Shown here piece after piece: positions 9,089-18,963 of a stretch of DNA of 64,000 bases. Origin of the DNA: a virus. Both the position numbers and the translations under genes were made by a program. The notes beneath the pieces were generated by a model. It had not been told where the DNA came from. It ran no database searches and worked only from the letters and a program-made list of their open reading frames with translations. The DNA is taken from positions 100,119 to 164,118 of the IMG/VR virus record IMGVR_UViG_3300025874_000005, one strand, 5' to 3'. How positions within the stretch are numbered: the stretch's first letter is position 1; every line of letters begins with the position of its first letter.

Positions 9089-9811
9089 ATGAAATATCAC
9101 ATATTTAGTGGATTGTACGTAGATGGAGCAGACTTTCAAACTGGCACGGGGATAGGCCTTTGGTGTAATTTTAATGATAATTCAGGACTATACACAGTAG
9201 ACCAAGAACAAAATTTTGTAATAGACACACCAAATTTTCTAAATAATTCTTCTATAGGAGGTAGCCTTAATATAGATAATGAAATGTGTGGATCAGCACC
9301 TATACAAGCAGGTACTAATTCCCAATTCCAAGGCCCCGCAGATGGTCTCCCAACTACTTTTCCTGTAGGAAAAAGTAGATTTGCAATAGGAGCAGTTGAC
9401 CTTGATGAATATGTAAGCCAGGGGGGCACTTTATCTCCATCTGATTGGTCAAATAATTTTGCTCAAATAGGATTTAGAGGAAATGCCAACCCATTAACAG
9501 TTTCAAAACTTCCAGGACAAGTTATTCCAAGTACAGATCATTATAATGTAATAGTTGCTGGAAACGAACCCTTAGGATTAAATACAAACGATGCAGGTGG
9601 AAGAGTACATTGGGATGTTGCTACCGGTACTTTAGGTCAATTTGTTAGTAAAATATTAGGTATAAAAATTGGAGAAGTTGGTGGAGCGGGAAGTATAGGA
9701 ACTGTAGTTCCTTCAACTTCCGATGAATTAGCTGCTGGTGTTTTATTACTATCAGGGTATGGAATTTTAAAAAATGATGCACTAGCATTTGCAACAGAAC
9801 CCCAACCATAA
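9089..9811 (+). CDS. Gly-rich hypothetical protein, possibly a virion surface protein
   Basis: 240 aa; G/N/S/T-rich, low charge; has its own late-motif copy upstream and a terminator downstream. Confidence 0.5.
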   Translation: MKYHIFSGLYVDGADFQTGTGIGLWCNFNDNSGLYTVDQEQNFVIDTPNFLNNSSIGGSLNIDNEMCGSAPIQAGTNSQFQGPADGLPTTFPVGKSRFAIGAVDLDEYVSQGGTLSPSDWSNNFAQIGFRGNANPLTVSKLPGQVIPSTDHYNVIVAGNEPLGLNTNDAGGRVHWDVATGTLGQFVSKILGIKIGEVGGAGSIGTVVPSTSDELAAGVLLLSGYGILKNDALAFATEPQP

Positions 9812-9872
9812 TACAATAAACTTACAGCTCGATTCATAGCCGAGCGATTATATAAAAATAAATTTAGAGATC

Positions 9873-9905
9873 TGTGGCCTCCATTTGGAGGTCACATTTT
9901 TTTTT
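9873..9905 (+). terminator. Intrinsic terminator
   Basis: TGTGGCCTCC-ATTT-GGAGGTCACA hairpin followed by T9. Confidence 0.85.
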
Positions 9906-9913
9906 CGTATATT
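9884..9913 (+). promoter_or_regulatory. Putative Bacteroidota housekeeping-sigma-type promoter (-33 TTTG, -7 TATATT)
   Basis: TTTG 9884-9887, 20-nt spacer, TATATT 9908-9913; identical geometry at 43753-43782. Confidence 0.5.
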
Positions 9914-9938
9914 AATAACAAATAAAATTTAAGTCTAG

Positions 9939-11414
9939 ATGAATAAAAACATAGTAATGGTTGGAGCCGGGGTAGCAAATGTAAATGCTGCTACTAAGCT
10001 AGTAGATGAAGGTTATAATGGTAAAATTACCATTATTGATATGGGTAAAGACCCTTATTTAAGACCCTATGAAGAAGTAATGACAGGATTTTTAGGTGCA
10101 GGAGGTTGGTCTGATGGTAAATTAACTTACCATACTTCAATTGGAGGACAATTATCTAAATATTGTGGGGAAGAAAAAGCAATGGAATTATTTGATCAGG
10201 TGATAGATAATTTTAAACGTTTCCACCCCAAACCAGAGGAAGTACAATGTTCAAATCCAATTGCAGAACCAGATTTTATTAAACCCTATTTTGGTTTACG
10301 TTTATTCCCTGTATGGCACGTTGGTACAGATTACCTACACGAAATTGGAAAAAATTGGTATGATTATCTAGTATCTAAAGGTGTTAAATTTGAATGGGAA
10401 GCTAAGGTAACTTCAATTGATTTTGAAAACCAAACAGGAACTGTAATAGTACTACAATCTGATCTAACACATACATTTGAATATGACCGTCTAATATTTG
10501 GTGTAGGTAAATCAGGTATTGACTTTGGTAAACAATTAGCTGAAAAATATGAACTACCAACTGAACCAAAACCAGTACAAATTGGTGTCCGATTTGAAGC
10601 ACCACAAAAACACTTTCAAAAACTTATTGATGTAAGCTATGATTTCAAATTGTATCGTAAATTCGAAGACAAAGGAGTATCATTACGTTCATTCTGTACT
10701 AACAACAACGCAGCTTATGTTGCCGTTGAGCAAACGTATGGGGATGTTAGCTACAATGGACACGCTAAAAAAGGAGAAGAACATAGAAACAATATGACCA
10801 ATTTTGGCATATTAATGGAAATTCAAGGTATTGATGAACCTTTTACCTGGTCAAGAGAATTAGTTAAAGCTGTAAATGAAACTTGGTTTGATAATAGTAA
10901 AGGCCAAGGTAGATTTGCTCGTAAGACTCATACAGGTTTATATTATTCACCTACTCGTGAAGCAGGAATGACAAGTGAAGGTATAAAAGTTGATGCTATG
11001 CCTATTAAATCATTAGATCAAGTTAAAGATGCATTTCAAGGTTATTATGATTACATAGAAGATTTTATTGAAGATATGAAAAAAGTATTCCCAACACTTA
11101 AAGATGATTGGGGTATTTATGTACCTGAAGTAAAATATTTGTCACCTGAACCATTAGTTAACTATAATGATTTAAGTTTAACTACATACCCTAATGTACA
11201 TTTTGTAGGTGATGCTTTAAGTGCAAGAGGCATTACAGTATCAGGTGCTCAAGGGACATTAGTAGCAGAACAAATTGTAAATGACCAAAAAGAAATAAAT
11301 GATTTTTTAGAATGGGCTGATAAACCTGGACCTTGGTCTGAAGAAGATAATAAAATACATACTATAGGAGGATTAACAATGCCTAAAAAAAATACTAATA
11401 AATTAAATAAATAA
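9939..11414 (+). CDS. FAD/NAD(P)-dependent oxidoreductase
   Basis: N-terminal Rossmann VGAGVAN, GFLGAGGWSDGKL motif, C-terminal FVGD...GITVSGAQG FAD-binding motif. Confidence 0.8.
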   Translation: MNKNIVMVGAGVANVNAATKLVDEGYNGKITIIDMGKDPYLRPYEEVMTGFLGAGGWSDGKLTYHTSIGGQLSKYCGEEKAMELFDQVIDNFKRFHPKPEEVQCSNPIAEPDFIKPYFGLRLFPVWHVGTDYLHEIGKNWYDYLVSKGVKFEWEAKVTSIDFENQTGTVIVLQSDLTHTFEYDRLIFGVGKSGIDFGKQLAEKYELPTEPKPVQIGVRFEAPQKHFQKLIDVSYDFKLYRKFEDKGVSLRSFCTNNNAAYVAVEQTYGDVSYNGHAKKGEEHRNNMTNFGILMEIQGIDEPFTWSRELVKAVNETWFDNSKGQGRFARKTHTGLYYSPTREAGMTSEGIKVDAMPIKSLDQVKDAFQGYYDYIEDFIEDMKKVFPTLKDDWGIYVPEVKYLSPEPLVNYNDLSLTTYPNVHFVGDALSARGITVSGAQGTLVAEQIVNDQKEINDFLEWADKPGPWSEEDNKIHTIGGLTMPKKNTNKLNK

Positions 11415-11419
11415 AAATT

Positions 11420-11686
11420 ATGAGCAGTAAATTTTATGAAGAAAAAGTAATTAAATATAAAGGAGCTAGACATTATTTAATTAGATTAGAAGGTGAAGAA
11501 CATTTTAAACATCACAGATACGATTCACCAGCAATAGTACCTATCAATAAACAATCAGAGTTTAAAAGGGGATACTTTTTAAGTGGGATTGAATATTCTG
11601 AGGAAGAGTTTAAGGATATAATGAAGGAAAGAGAAGGTTTACCTTGGTACAAAACATCAGCTGGGAAGGGAACATCAAGACATTAA
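11420..11686 (+). CDS. Hypothetical protein
   Basis: 88-aa ORF in operon context; HRYDSPAI motif. Confidence 0.55.
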   Translation: MSSKFYEEKVIKYKGARHYLIRLEGEEHFKHHRYDSPAIVPINKQSEFKRGYFLSGIEYSEEEFKDIMKEREGLPWYKTSAGKGTSRH

Positions 11687-11687
11687 T

Positions 11688-12095
11688 ATGAGAGACCACA
11701 CATTAGAAGCAATGCCTTATAAAGGAGAAATTCATGAAAAAGCATGGGGTCATGAGTTATGGATAATTAATAATGAATTCTATTGCGGTAAGTTATTAGT
11801 ATTTAAAAAGGATAAATCATTTTCAATGCATTATCATTTATTAAAAGATGAAGCATGGTACATCTCTAAAGGAAAATTTTTGTACAAATATATTGATACT
11901 GAGGATGCTGAGTATAAATCAATTGAAGTAACAGAAGGAGATTGTATACATTTAATGCCAGGACAGCCTCACCAAATGTTGGCTCTCGAAGAAGGAAGTT
12001 GTATATTTGAAGTATCAACACAGCACTTTGATAGTGATAGTTATAGAATAGGAATGGGATCTTCACAGTTAGATCCAAAAAACTTACCATTTTAA
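11688..12095 (+). CDS. Cupin-fold sugar-isomerase-like protein (mannose-6-phosphate isomerase type II / lyxose isomerase-like)
   Basis: KAWGHE...YCGKLL...SMHYHLLKDE...PGQPH...FEVST cupin metal-binding motifs. Confidence 0.7.
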   Translation: MRDHTLEAMPYKGEIHEKAWGHELWIINNEFYCGKLLVFKKDKSFSMHYHLLKDEAWYISKGKFLYKYIDTEDAEYKSIEVTEGDCIHLMPGQPHQMLALEEGSCIFEVSTQHFDSDSYRIGMGSSQLDPKNLPF

Positions 12096-12097
12096 TT

Positions 12098-12385
12098 ATG
12101 AGTATTAGAAAAAAATATAAACAGGAAGACCAAGAATTAGCAGCTTCTTTACAGGAAATAAACATAAATACAGCGATATTAGAAATAAAATTATTGGGTT
12201 TATCTAAAATAAAAGATAATTTATTATATGAGTGTAGATATGTTGATAGAGGAACAATTAAAACAGTGCCGATTATAGCACAAGATGTTACTCAAGCAAT
12301 AGCTAAGTTAGATCCCTATGTAGAATCAGCAATCCCCGAAAACGTATTAAAAATAATGTTGGGCACAGAAAGATATAGTATATAA
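12098..12385 (+). CDS. Hypothetical protein
   Basis: 95-aa ORF coupled on both sides. Confidence 0.55.
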   Translation: MSIRKKYKQEDQELAASLQEININTAILEIKLLGLSKIKDNLLYECRYVDRGTIKTVPIIAQDVTQAIAKLDPYVESAIPENVLKIMLGTERYSI

Positions 12386-13074
12386 TGATAAGAAACGGTA
12401 AACAATTTTATACAAAAGATGGAAAATTAATAGATATGTCAAGCTGGGATGTTAGTAAAGGACATCAAGATGTAGGTATTAATTATGGCTGGGAAGGTGC
12501 TATGGCTTGGGGGAATTTAATCCATGATGAGTTAAATAAATATGGACCTGGTGTTCAACCCGGTGATGTTTATTTAGATTTAGGAGCAAATATAGGACTA
12601 TCAGCTTTAAGAGCAGAATTATCAGGGGCCTCTAAATTATATTGCATTGAACCTGACCCAGGAGTATACGAGGCATTAGAAATGAATAAATCAGATAAAT
12701 GGGAGAATTTTAATTTAGCAATTGCAGACTATGATGGAGAAATAGACATACCCAAATGGCCTGATTGGTGGGATAATGTTTCACGTCCTTGTATTACTTT
12801 AGAAAATTTTATGTATTCTAATAAAATTACACATATTGATTATATGAAAGTTGATATTGAGGGACATGAAATTAAAATTTTACCCCAAATTCCAAAAGCT
12901 ATATATGATAAAATTTCAAAAATTTTTATTGAATATCATGAGGATACTACAATTTCACCAGAAGATAGAGATAAAAAAAGATTAGAATTTGTAAAATCAA
13001 TAATATCAAAAGGATATAATAATCACTTTGTTGAAGTTGGATATCATCAAAGTTTTATTTATATTTGGAAATAA
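12385..13074 (+). CDS. FkbM-family SAM-dependent methyltransferase
   Basis: YLDLGANIG motif I, IEP, IDYMKVDIEGHE, IEYH. Confidence 0.85.
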   Translation: MIRNGKQFYTKDGKLIDMSSWDVSKGHQDVGINYGWEGAMAWGNLIHDELNKYGPGVQPGDVYLDLGANIGLSALRAELSGASKLYCIEPDPGVYEALEMNKSDKWENFNLAIADYDGEIDIPKWPDWWDNVSRPCITLENFMYSNKITHIDYMKVDIEGHEIKILPQIPKAIYDKISKIFIEYHEDTTISPEDRDKKRLEFVKSIISKGYNNHFVEVGYHQSFIYIWK

Positions 13075-13086
13075 AATAAATAAGTT

Positions 13087-13617
13087 ATGAAAATAGGTTT
13101 TTGTGGAACAATGTCAGTAGGTAAAACAACTTTAGTTAATGCTTTATCTGAACTACCAGAATTAAAAAATTATAAATTTAGAACAGAACGTTCTAAATAT
13201 CTTATGGAAATGGGAATCCCATTAAACACAGATAGTACCGTAAAAGGCCAGTCTGTATTTTTAGCTGAAAGAGCTAGTGAACTAATGCAAAATAATATTA
13301 TAACAGATAGAACTATTATTGATGTGATGGCGTTTGCTAAATGTTCTAAGTCTATGAATTACATGGAAGCAGATGATTTTTGCTCATTTGCTAGTAATAT
13401 GTTAGATGAATATGATTATATATTTTATGTTTCACCTGAAGGTGTTGATATAGAAAATAATGGTGTTAGAGAAACTAATGCTGAATATAGAAAATTAATT
13501 GACCAAAACATACAGCTTTTAATTATTAAGTACAGACATAAGATAAAAAACTTAATTGAAATAAAAGGTTCAACAGAGGAACGTATAAAGTTAGTTAAAC
13601 AGTCAATTTCTTTGTGA
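13087..13617 (+). CDS. P-loop kinase/ATPase, NadR-type (AAA_28-like) nucleotide kinase fold
   Basis: Walker A GTMSVGKTT, ITDRTIID, YDYIFY, C-terminal GSTEER. Confidence 0.75.
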   Translation: MKIGFCGTMSVGKTTLVNALSELPELKNYKFRTERSKYLMEMGIPLNTDSTVKGQSVFLAERASELMQNNIITDRTIIDVMAFAKCSKSMNYMEADDFCSFASNMLDEYDYIFYVSPEGVDIENNGVRETNAEYRKLIDQNIQLLIIKYRHKIKNLIEIKGSTEERIKLVKQSISL

Positions 13618-13626
13618 TATTTATAA
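13617..13626 (+). promoter_or_regulatory. Putative late promoter motif ATATTTATAA
   Basis: Exact copy overlapping the upstream stop codon, 13 nt before ATG 13640. Confidence 0.65.
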
Positions 13627-13639
13627 CAAAAATACTCTA

Positions 13640-14008
13640 ATGAAGAAATCAGAATTAAAAGCATCAATTAAAGAAGAAATCCTTGAACTATTAGAAGCAG
13701 AATCTGCAGATGAAATTAGTGCTAAAGCCGATGCACAGGCTGACCTAAATAAGGAATTAGAAAAAACTCAAGACCTTATGAAAGAAGAAGATGAAGATGA
13801 TGAGGATGTAATGGATAAGAAAGCTATAAAAGGAGCTAAAAAAGGAGACTCAGTATCTAAATTAGCATCAAAACTTCAACAAACATCTGCTGAAATGAAA
13901 AAAGTAGTAAAAAAGTGGAAAAATGCTGAAGGTTCTGAAAAACAAAAACTTACGGATCGTCTAAGAGAATTAACTAAAATTAAAAAAGAACTTGAAGGTC
14001 TTCTTTAA
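13640..14008 (+). CDS. Helical charged protein with MKKSELK leader
   Basis: MKKSELKASIKEEILE parallels the N-terminus of ORF 2113. Confidence 0.6.
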   Translation: MKKSELKASIKEEILELLEAESADEISAKADAQADLNKELEKTQDLMKEEDEDDEDVMDKKAIKGAKKGDSVSKLASKLQQTSAEMKKVVKKWKNAEGSEKQKLTDRLRELTKIKKELEGLL

Positions 14009-14588
14009 AAATATCCAATTTCTACTTATTGTAGTTTTAGTTGTACTCCTTTTATTACAAAGGAGTTGTACTTCTGATCCAACTATTATTGAACCTACGA
14101 TTATAACAAAGGTTGAAACTAAATGGGATACTATTACTATTAACAAGATAGAATATGTACCTAAATGGGTAGAAAAAATAGTAACAGTATATGAAAATGA
14201 TACTATTATAATAAATACTCCTATAGATACATTAGAAGTATTAAAAGAATACTATGCCAAAAATGTTTATGTAGATAAAATTGTATTGGATTCTTTAGGG
14301 GTTGTAACTGTAACAGATACAATTTCCCAAAATAGAATATTTTCAAGACAAATAAAATCAGATATACTAATCCCTACAAAAACACTAACTCAAGAGATTT
14401 ATTTAAATAATAGAGAATTTTATTGGGGTTTAAATATAGCAGGTAGATCATCACAAATTAATTATTTAGGTGGGGGAATATTATACAAATCAAAAAGAAA
14501 AAACATATATGGTTTAGGGATAGGTGTTAATGAAAACTTTGAACCTATTATATCAGGTAGTTATTATATGAAAATAGGTAAAAAATAA
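13992..14588 (+). CDS. Membrane-anchored/exported protein with C-terminal amphipathic beta strands
   Basis: N-terminal hydrophobic helix FLLIVVLVVLLLL followed by QRSC; C-terminal alternating G/aromatic strands; TTG start. Confidence 0.6.
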   Translation: MKVFFKNIQFLLIVVLVVLLLLQRSCTSDPTIIEPTIITKVETKWDTITINKIEYVPKWVEKIVTVYENDTIIINTPIDTLEVLKEYYAKNVYVDKIVLDSLGVVTVTDTISQNRIFSRQIKSDILIPTKTLTQEIYLNNREFYWGLNIAGRSSQINYLGGGILYKSKRKNIYGLGIGVNENFEPIISGSYYMKIGKK

Positions 14589-16163
14589 ATGGCTGAAGAT
14601 TTAAAAAAAATAATAAGACAAGAATATATGAAATGTGCTCAAGACCCAGCTCATTTTATGAAAAAATACTGTTTTATTCAACACCCTCAAAGAGGTAGAA
14701 TCCAGTTTAATTTATATCCTTTTCAAGAAAAAACTTTACATTTAGTTAGAGATAATCCTTATTCAATAATATTAAAGTCAAGACAATTAGGAATATCAAC
14801 CCTATCAGCCGGTTATTCTTTATGGTTAATGTTGTTTCATAAGGATAAAAACGTGTTATGTATAGCGACTAAACAAGAAACAGCGCGTAACATGGTTACT
14901 AAGGTAAAATTCATGTATGACAATTTACCATCATGGTTATCTATAAAAGCAGAAGAAAATAACAAACTATCACTTAGATTAAATAATGGATCTATAATTA
15001 AGGCAACATCAGCTAGTAGTGATGCTGGTAGATCAGAAGCAGTATCTTTACTATTAATAGATGAAGCAGCCTTTATTGATAATATTGGTGAGATTTGGGC
15101 ATCAGCTCAACAAACACTAGCAACTGGTGGGGGTGCTATAGTATTAAGTACTCCCTATGGTACCGGAAATTGGTTCCATAAAACTTGGGTTAATGCAGAA
15201 GCTAATGAAAATCAATTTATACCTATTAAATTACCTTGGTTTGTCCACCCTGAAAGAAACCAGGAGTGGAGAGATAACCAAAATGAATTATTAGGAGATC
15301 CTAGAATGGCAGCTCAAGAGTGTGATTGTGATTTTAGTACATCAGGTGATATTGTATTTTACAATGAATGGATTGAGTTTTTAAATGAAACTACTATTAA
15401 AGAGCCTATGGAAAGAAGAGGAGTAGACCAAAATTTATGGGTTTGGGAATCTGCTGATTATTCTAGAGAATATATGGTTGTAGCAGATGTTGCACGGGGT
15501 GATGGTAAAGATTATTCAGCCTGCCATGTAATGGATATAGCTACAAATACACAAGTAGCAGAATATAAAGGACAAATGCCCCCTAAAGAATTTGGATATT
15601 TTTTAACAGGTTTATCTACAGAATATAATAATGCTATGTTAGTAGTAGAAAATGCTAATATAGGGTGGGCAACCTTAGATGCGATACAAGAAAGAGGATA
15701 TAAAAATTTATACCAATCCCCCAAATCCGATGCCTTAACGGCTGAGTCATTTTTAAGAGTATTTGAAGGAAATTCAGAGATGGTACCTGGGTTTACAATG
15801 TCAATGAGAACAAGACCTCTTTGTATTAATAAATTTAGAGAATTTGTAGGAGATAAATCTGTGGTAATTAGGTCAAAACGTTTAATAGAAGAAATGAAGG
15901 TATTTATCTGGAAAAACGGAAGACCAGAAGCTCAAACTGGTTATAACGATGACTTGGTTATGTCATTTGGGATTGGTATGTTTCTACGAGACACATCATT
16001 AAAATTCCAACAGCAGAGTTTAGATATGACAAGGGCAACATTAGGTAGTGTAAAATCTAATAAAGTAACATATAGTGGAGGACATTCAGCAAACAATTCA
16101 ATTGAAAATCCATATGAGATGAAAATAAATGGTAAGTCTCATGATATAGGATGGTTATTATAA
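14589..16163 (+). CDS. terL: Terminase large subunit (T4 gp17-like)
   Basis: LYPFQ, KSRQLGIST (Walker A), LLLIDEAAF (Walker B), STPYG, VADVARGDGKDYS and NDDLVMS nuclease motifs. Confidence 0.95.
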   Translation: MAEDLKKIIRQEYMKCAQDPAHFMKKYCFIQHPQRGRIQFNLYPFQEKTLHLVRDNPYSIILKSRQLGISTLSAGYSLWLMLFHKDKNVLCIATKQETARNMVTKVKFMYDNLPSWLSIKAEENNKLSLRLNNGSIIKATSASSDAGRSEAVSLLLIDEAAFIDNIGEIWASAQQTLATGGGAIVLSTPYGTGNWFHKTWVNAEANENQFIPIKLPWFVHPERNQEWRDNQNELLGDPRMAAQECDCDFSTSGDIVFYNEWIEFLNETTIKEPMERRGVDQNLWVWESADYSREYMVVADVARGDGKDYSACHVMDIATNTQVAEYKGQMPPKEFGYFLTGLSTEYNNAMLVVENANIGWATLDAIQERGYKNLYQSPKSDALTAESFLRVFEGNSEMVPGFTMSMRTRPLCINKFREFVGDKSVVIRSKRLIEEMKVFIWKNGRPEAQTGYNDDLVMSFGIGMFLRDTSLKFQQQSLDMTRATLGSVKSNKVTYSGGHSANNSIENPYEMKINGKSHDIGWLL

Positions 16164-16172
16164 TATTTATAA
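16163..16172 (+). promoter_or_regulatory. Putative late promoter motif ATATTTATAA
   Basis: Exact copy 9 nt before the portal ATG. Confidence 0.65.
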
Positions 16173-16181
16173 ATAAATAAA

Positions 16182-18074
16182 ATGGCAGATACAGGTTTAT
16201 TCCCAAGATTAAGAAGGTTATTTTCTACAGACGTAATAATTCGTAATGTAGGGGGCAGCCAACTTAAAGTTTTCGATGTTAACAAAATCCAGCAAAGTGG
16301 AGAAATTGAAACAAACACACTAGTAGATAGATTTAATAGAATCTATTCAAATTCTTCAACATCACTATATGGTCAACAAGCTGGTTTTAACTACCAGTAT
16401 TTAAGACCTATGCTATACTCAGAATATGATGCAATGGATACAGATGCTATTGTTGCATCTGCTTTAGATATTATAGCTGATGAGTCTACCCTTAAAAATG
16501 ATATGGGTGAAGTGCTACAAATTAAATCTTCTGATGAAGACATCCAAAAAATATTATATAATTTATTTTATGATGTTTTAAATATTGAATTTAATCTTTG
16601 GCCTTGGGTTAGAAATTTAGCTAAATATGGAGATTTTTTCTTAAAATTAGAAATAGCTGAAAAGTATGGAGTATATAATGTAATACCTTATACTGCTTTC
16701 CATATTGAAAGAATGGAGGGAGATGGTGAAAACCCAACTGAAGTTAAATTTAGATTTGACCCAGAAGGAGTATCAGCATCAGATTATGGTATGATGAGTG
16801 TACCAAATGCGGGAGTTAATAATTCCCGCTCTATTATATTTGACAACTATGAAATGGCTCATTTTCGTCTATTAACAGATATGAACTTTTTACCTTATGG
16901 TAGATCATATATAGAGCCTGCTCGTAAATTATTTAAACAGTATGTTTTAATGGAAGATGCTATGTTAATTCATAGAATTGTTCGTGCACCTGAAAAACGT
17001 ATCTTTTATATGAATGTTGGGTCAATTCCTCCAAATGAGGTAGATGCCTTTATGGAAAAAACATTAAGTAAACTTAAACGTACTCCTCACGTAGATGAGA
17101 AAACTGGAGAGTATAACTTAAGATACAACATGCAAAACCTTTTAGAAGATTATTATATTCCTGTTAGAGGTAATGATTCAAGTACTAAAATTGAAAGTGC
17201 AAACGGGTTACAATGGGATGGGATTGCTGATGTTGAATATTTAAGAGATAAATTATTTGCTGCCTTAAAAGTACCAAAAGCATTTTTAGGGTATGATGAA
17301 AATACGGATGGTAAAGCAACACTAGCAGCTCAAGATATTAGATTTGCACGTACTATTGAAAGAATACAAAGAATTATAGTATCAGAATTATATAAAATAG
17401 GATTAGTCCATTTATACACTCAGGGCTATAGAGATGAACAATTAGCTAATTTTGAATTATCATTAACTACCCCATCAATTATATATGATCAAGAAAGGGT
17501 AGCATTAATGAAAGAAAAAATGGATTTAGCAGCTCAAATGACTGAAACTAATTTATTTCCTTCTGATTTCATTTACGACCATTTATTCCATTTAAGTGAA
17601 GACCAATATGATGATTTTAGAGATTTGATTAGAGAAGATGCTAAACGTAAATTTAGAATAGACCAAATAGAAGCAGAAGGTAATGATCCTGTTGAAACTG
17701 GCAAATCATATGGTACACCTCATGATTTAGCTTCACTATATGGTAAGGGTAGAATGTATTCAAACCCAGGTGATGTTCCTAAACCTGAAACATATGATAA
17801 AGATGGAGATAAAGATGTATTAGGTAGACCAAAAGAAAAAGCTTCTAAAAGAAACACACAAGATGATAATTTTGGTAAAGATAGATTAGGTGCTAAAGGT
17901 ATAAAAAAGGATTATAATGATACAAATAAAAGTGGTATGGCTTTAGAAAATAATAGCCACTTTGCAAAGCATCAATCCATGTTAAAATCTATCCCTACAG
18001 GTAAAAAGTTAGTATTTGAAGATAAACCCGCAAAAAGTTCGCTTCTTGACGAGTCAAATATTAAGGAACAATAA
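16182..18074 (+). CDS. gp20: Portal protein (T4 gp20-like)
   Basis: LMEDAMLIHRIVRAPEKRIFY, EDYYIP, DVEYLRDKLFAALKVP motifs; directly follows the terminase. Confidence 0.93.
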   Translation: MADTGLFPRLRRLFSTDVIIRNVGGSQLKVFDVNKIQQSGEIETNTLVDRFNRIYSNSSTSLYGQQAGFNYQYLRPMLYSEYDAMDTDAIVASALDIIADESTLKNDMGEVLQIKSSDEDIQKILYNLFYDVLNIEFNLWPWVRNLAKYGDFFLKLEIAEKYGVYNVIPYTAFHIERMEGDGENPTEVKFRFDPEGVSASDYGMMSVPNAGVNNSRSIIFDNYEMAHFRLLTDMNFLPYGRSYIEPARKLFKQYVLMEDAMLIHRIVRAPEKRIFYMNVGSIPPNEVDAFMEKTLSKLKRTPHVDEKTGEYNLRYNMQNLLEDYYIPVRGNDSSTKIESANGLQWDGIADVEYLRDKLFAALKVPKAFLGYDENTDGKATLAAQDIRFARTIERIQRIIVSELYKIGLVHLYTQGYRDEQLANFELSLTTPSIIYDQERVALMKEKMDLAAQMTETNLFPSDFIYDHLFHLSEDQYDDFRDLIREDAKRKFRIDQIEAEGNDPVETGKSYGTPHDLASLYGKGRMYSNPGDVPKPETYDKDGDKDVLGRPKEKASKRNTQDDNFGKDRLGAKGIKKDYNDTNKSGMALENNSHFAKHQSMLKSIPTGKKLVFEDKPAKSSLLDESNIKEQ

Positions 18075-18081
18075 TTTTAGT

Positions 18082-18091
18082 ATATTTATAA
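18082..18091 (+). promoter_or_regulatory. Putative late promoter motif ATATTTATAA
   Basis: Exact intergenic copy. Confidence 0.65.
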
Positions 18092-18102
18092 AAAAATATT
18101 GA

Positions 18103-18963
18103 TTGATGTATATAAAACATTCAAAATTCAGGAATACAGGCATTTTATTCGAGGTAATAGTAAGAAAAATTACATCAGAAACCCTGTCAGGAAAAGATTC
18201 ACCAGCTATTAACATTCTAAAATCCCACTTTGTAAATACTGAGTTAGGGAAAGAATATAAATTGTATGAAACTATATTTAAATCTAAAAATCTAGATAGT
18301 ACTAGAGCTAGTACAGTTTTAGATACCATATTAGAATCTTCAAAAAGACTTAATAGAACTAGGATTAGAAAAGAAAAATACAATCTTATAAAAGAACTTA
18401 AAGCTCACTATAATGTTGAAGATTTATTTAAAACAAAACTTAATGATTATAAAGCACAGGCTTCATTGTATACTTTATTAGAAACATACAACACAGAAAA
18501 ATTAATAGACCCAAATCAAATTATAGATAATAAAGTTACACTATTAGAATATTTAACATCTAAAGATATAAATAGAGATAATGTTAAAGAAGATGTAATT
18601 GAAGAGTTTAAATCTCAAGATAAAGATATTCGTACATTAACATATTATGTATTACTAGAAAAATTTAATGATAAATACTCAACATTAAACCCTAGACAAA
18701 AGAATATTCTTAAAGAATTTATTGAGTCTGTAGATAACACACCATCATTAAAAGAATTTTATAATAAAGAAGTTCTTTTTATTAAAGAATCAATTAAATC
18801 TCAAATTGCTAAAACAGAAAGTAAAGTAATTAAGATTAAATTAAATGAAGTTAATTCTTTGATTAGTGAGTTAAATAAAAAAACAACCATTAAAAGTGAT
18901 CACTTAGTTGATTTGTTACAATACCATTCATTAATAGAAGAATTAACAAAATCAAATGGATAG
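18103..18963 (+). CDS. Hypothetical head-module protein (ATG 18106 is the likely start)
   Basis: 286 aa, helical; KHSKFRNTGILFE N-terminus; lies between portal and protease. Confidence 0.6.
   Translation: MMYIKHSKFRNTGILFEVIVRKITSETLSGKDSPAINILKSHFVNTELGKEYKLYETIFKSKNLDSTRASTVLDTILESSKRLNRTRIRKEKYNLIKELKAHYNVEDLFKTKLNDYKAQASLYTLLETYNTEKLIDPNQIIDNKVTLLEYLTSKDINRDNVKEDVIEEFKSQDKDIRTLTYYVLLEKFNDKYSTLNPRQKNILKEFIESVDNTPSLKEFYNKEVLFIKESIKSQIAKTESKVIKIKLNEVNSLISELNKKTTIKSDHLVDLLQYHSLIEELTKSNG

Noticed and set aside
13640-14008. Terminase small subunit call based on position
   Set aside because: No recognisable TerS features; it instead shares the MKKSELK leader with a head-region protein
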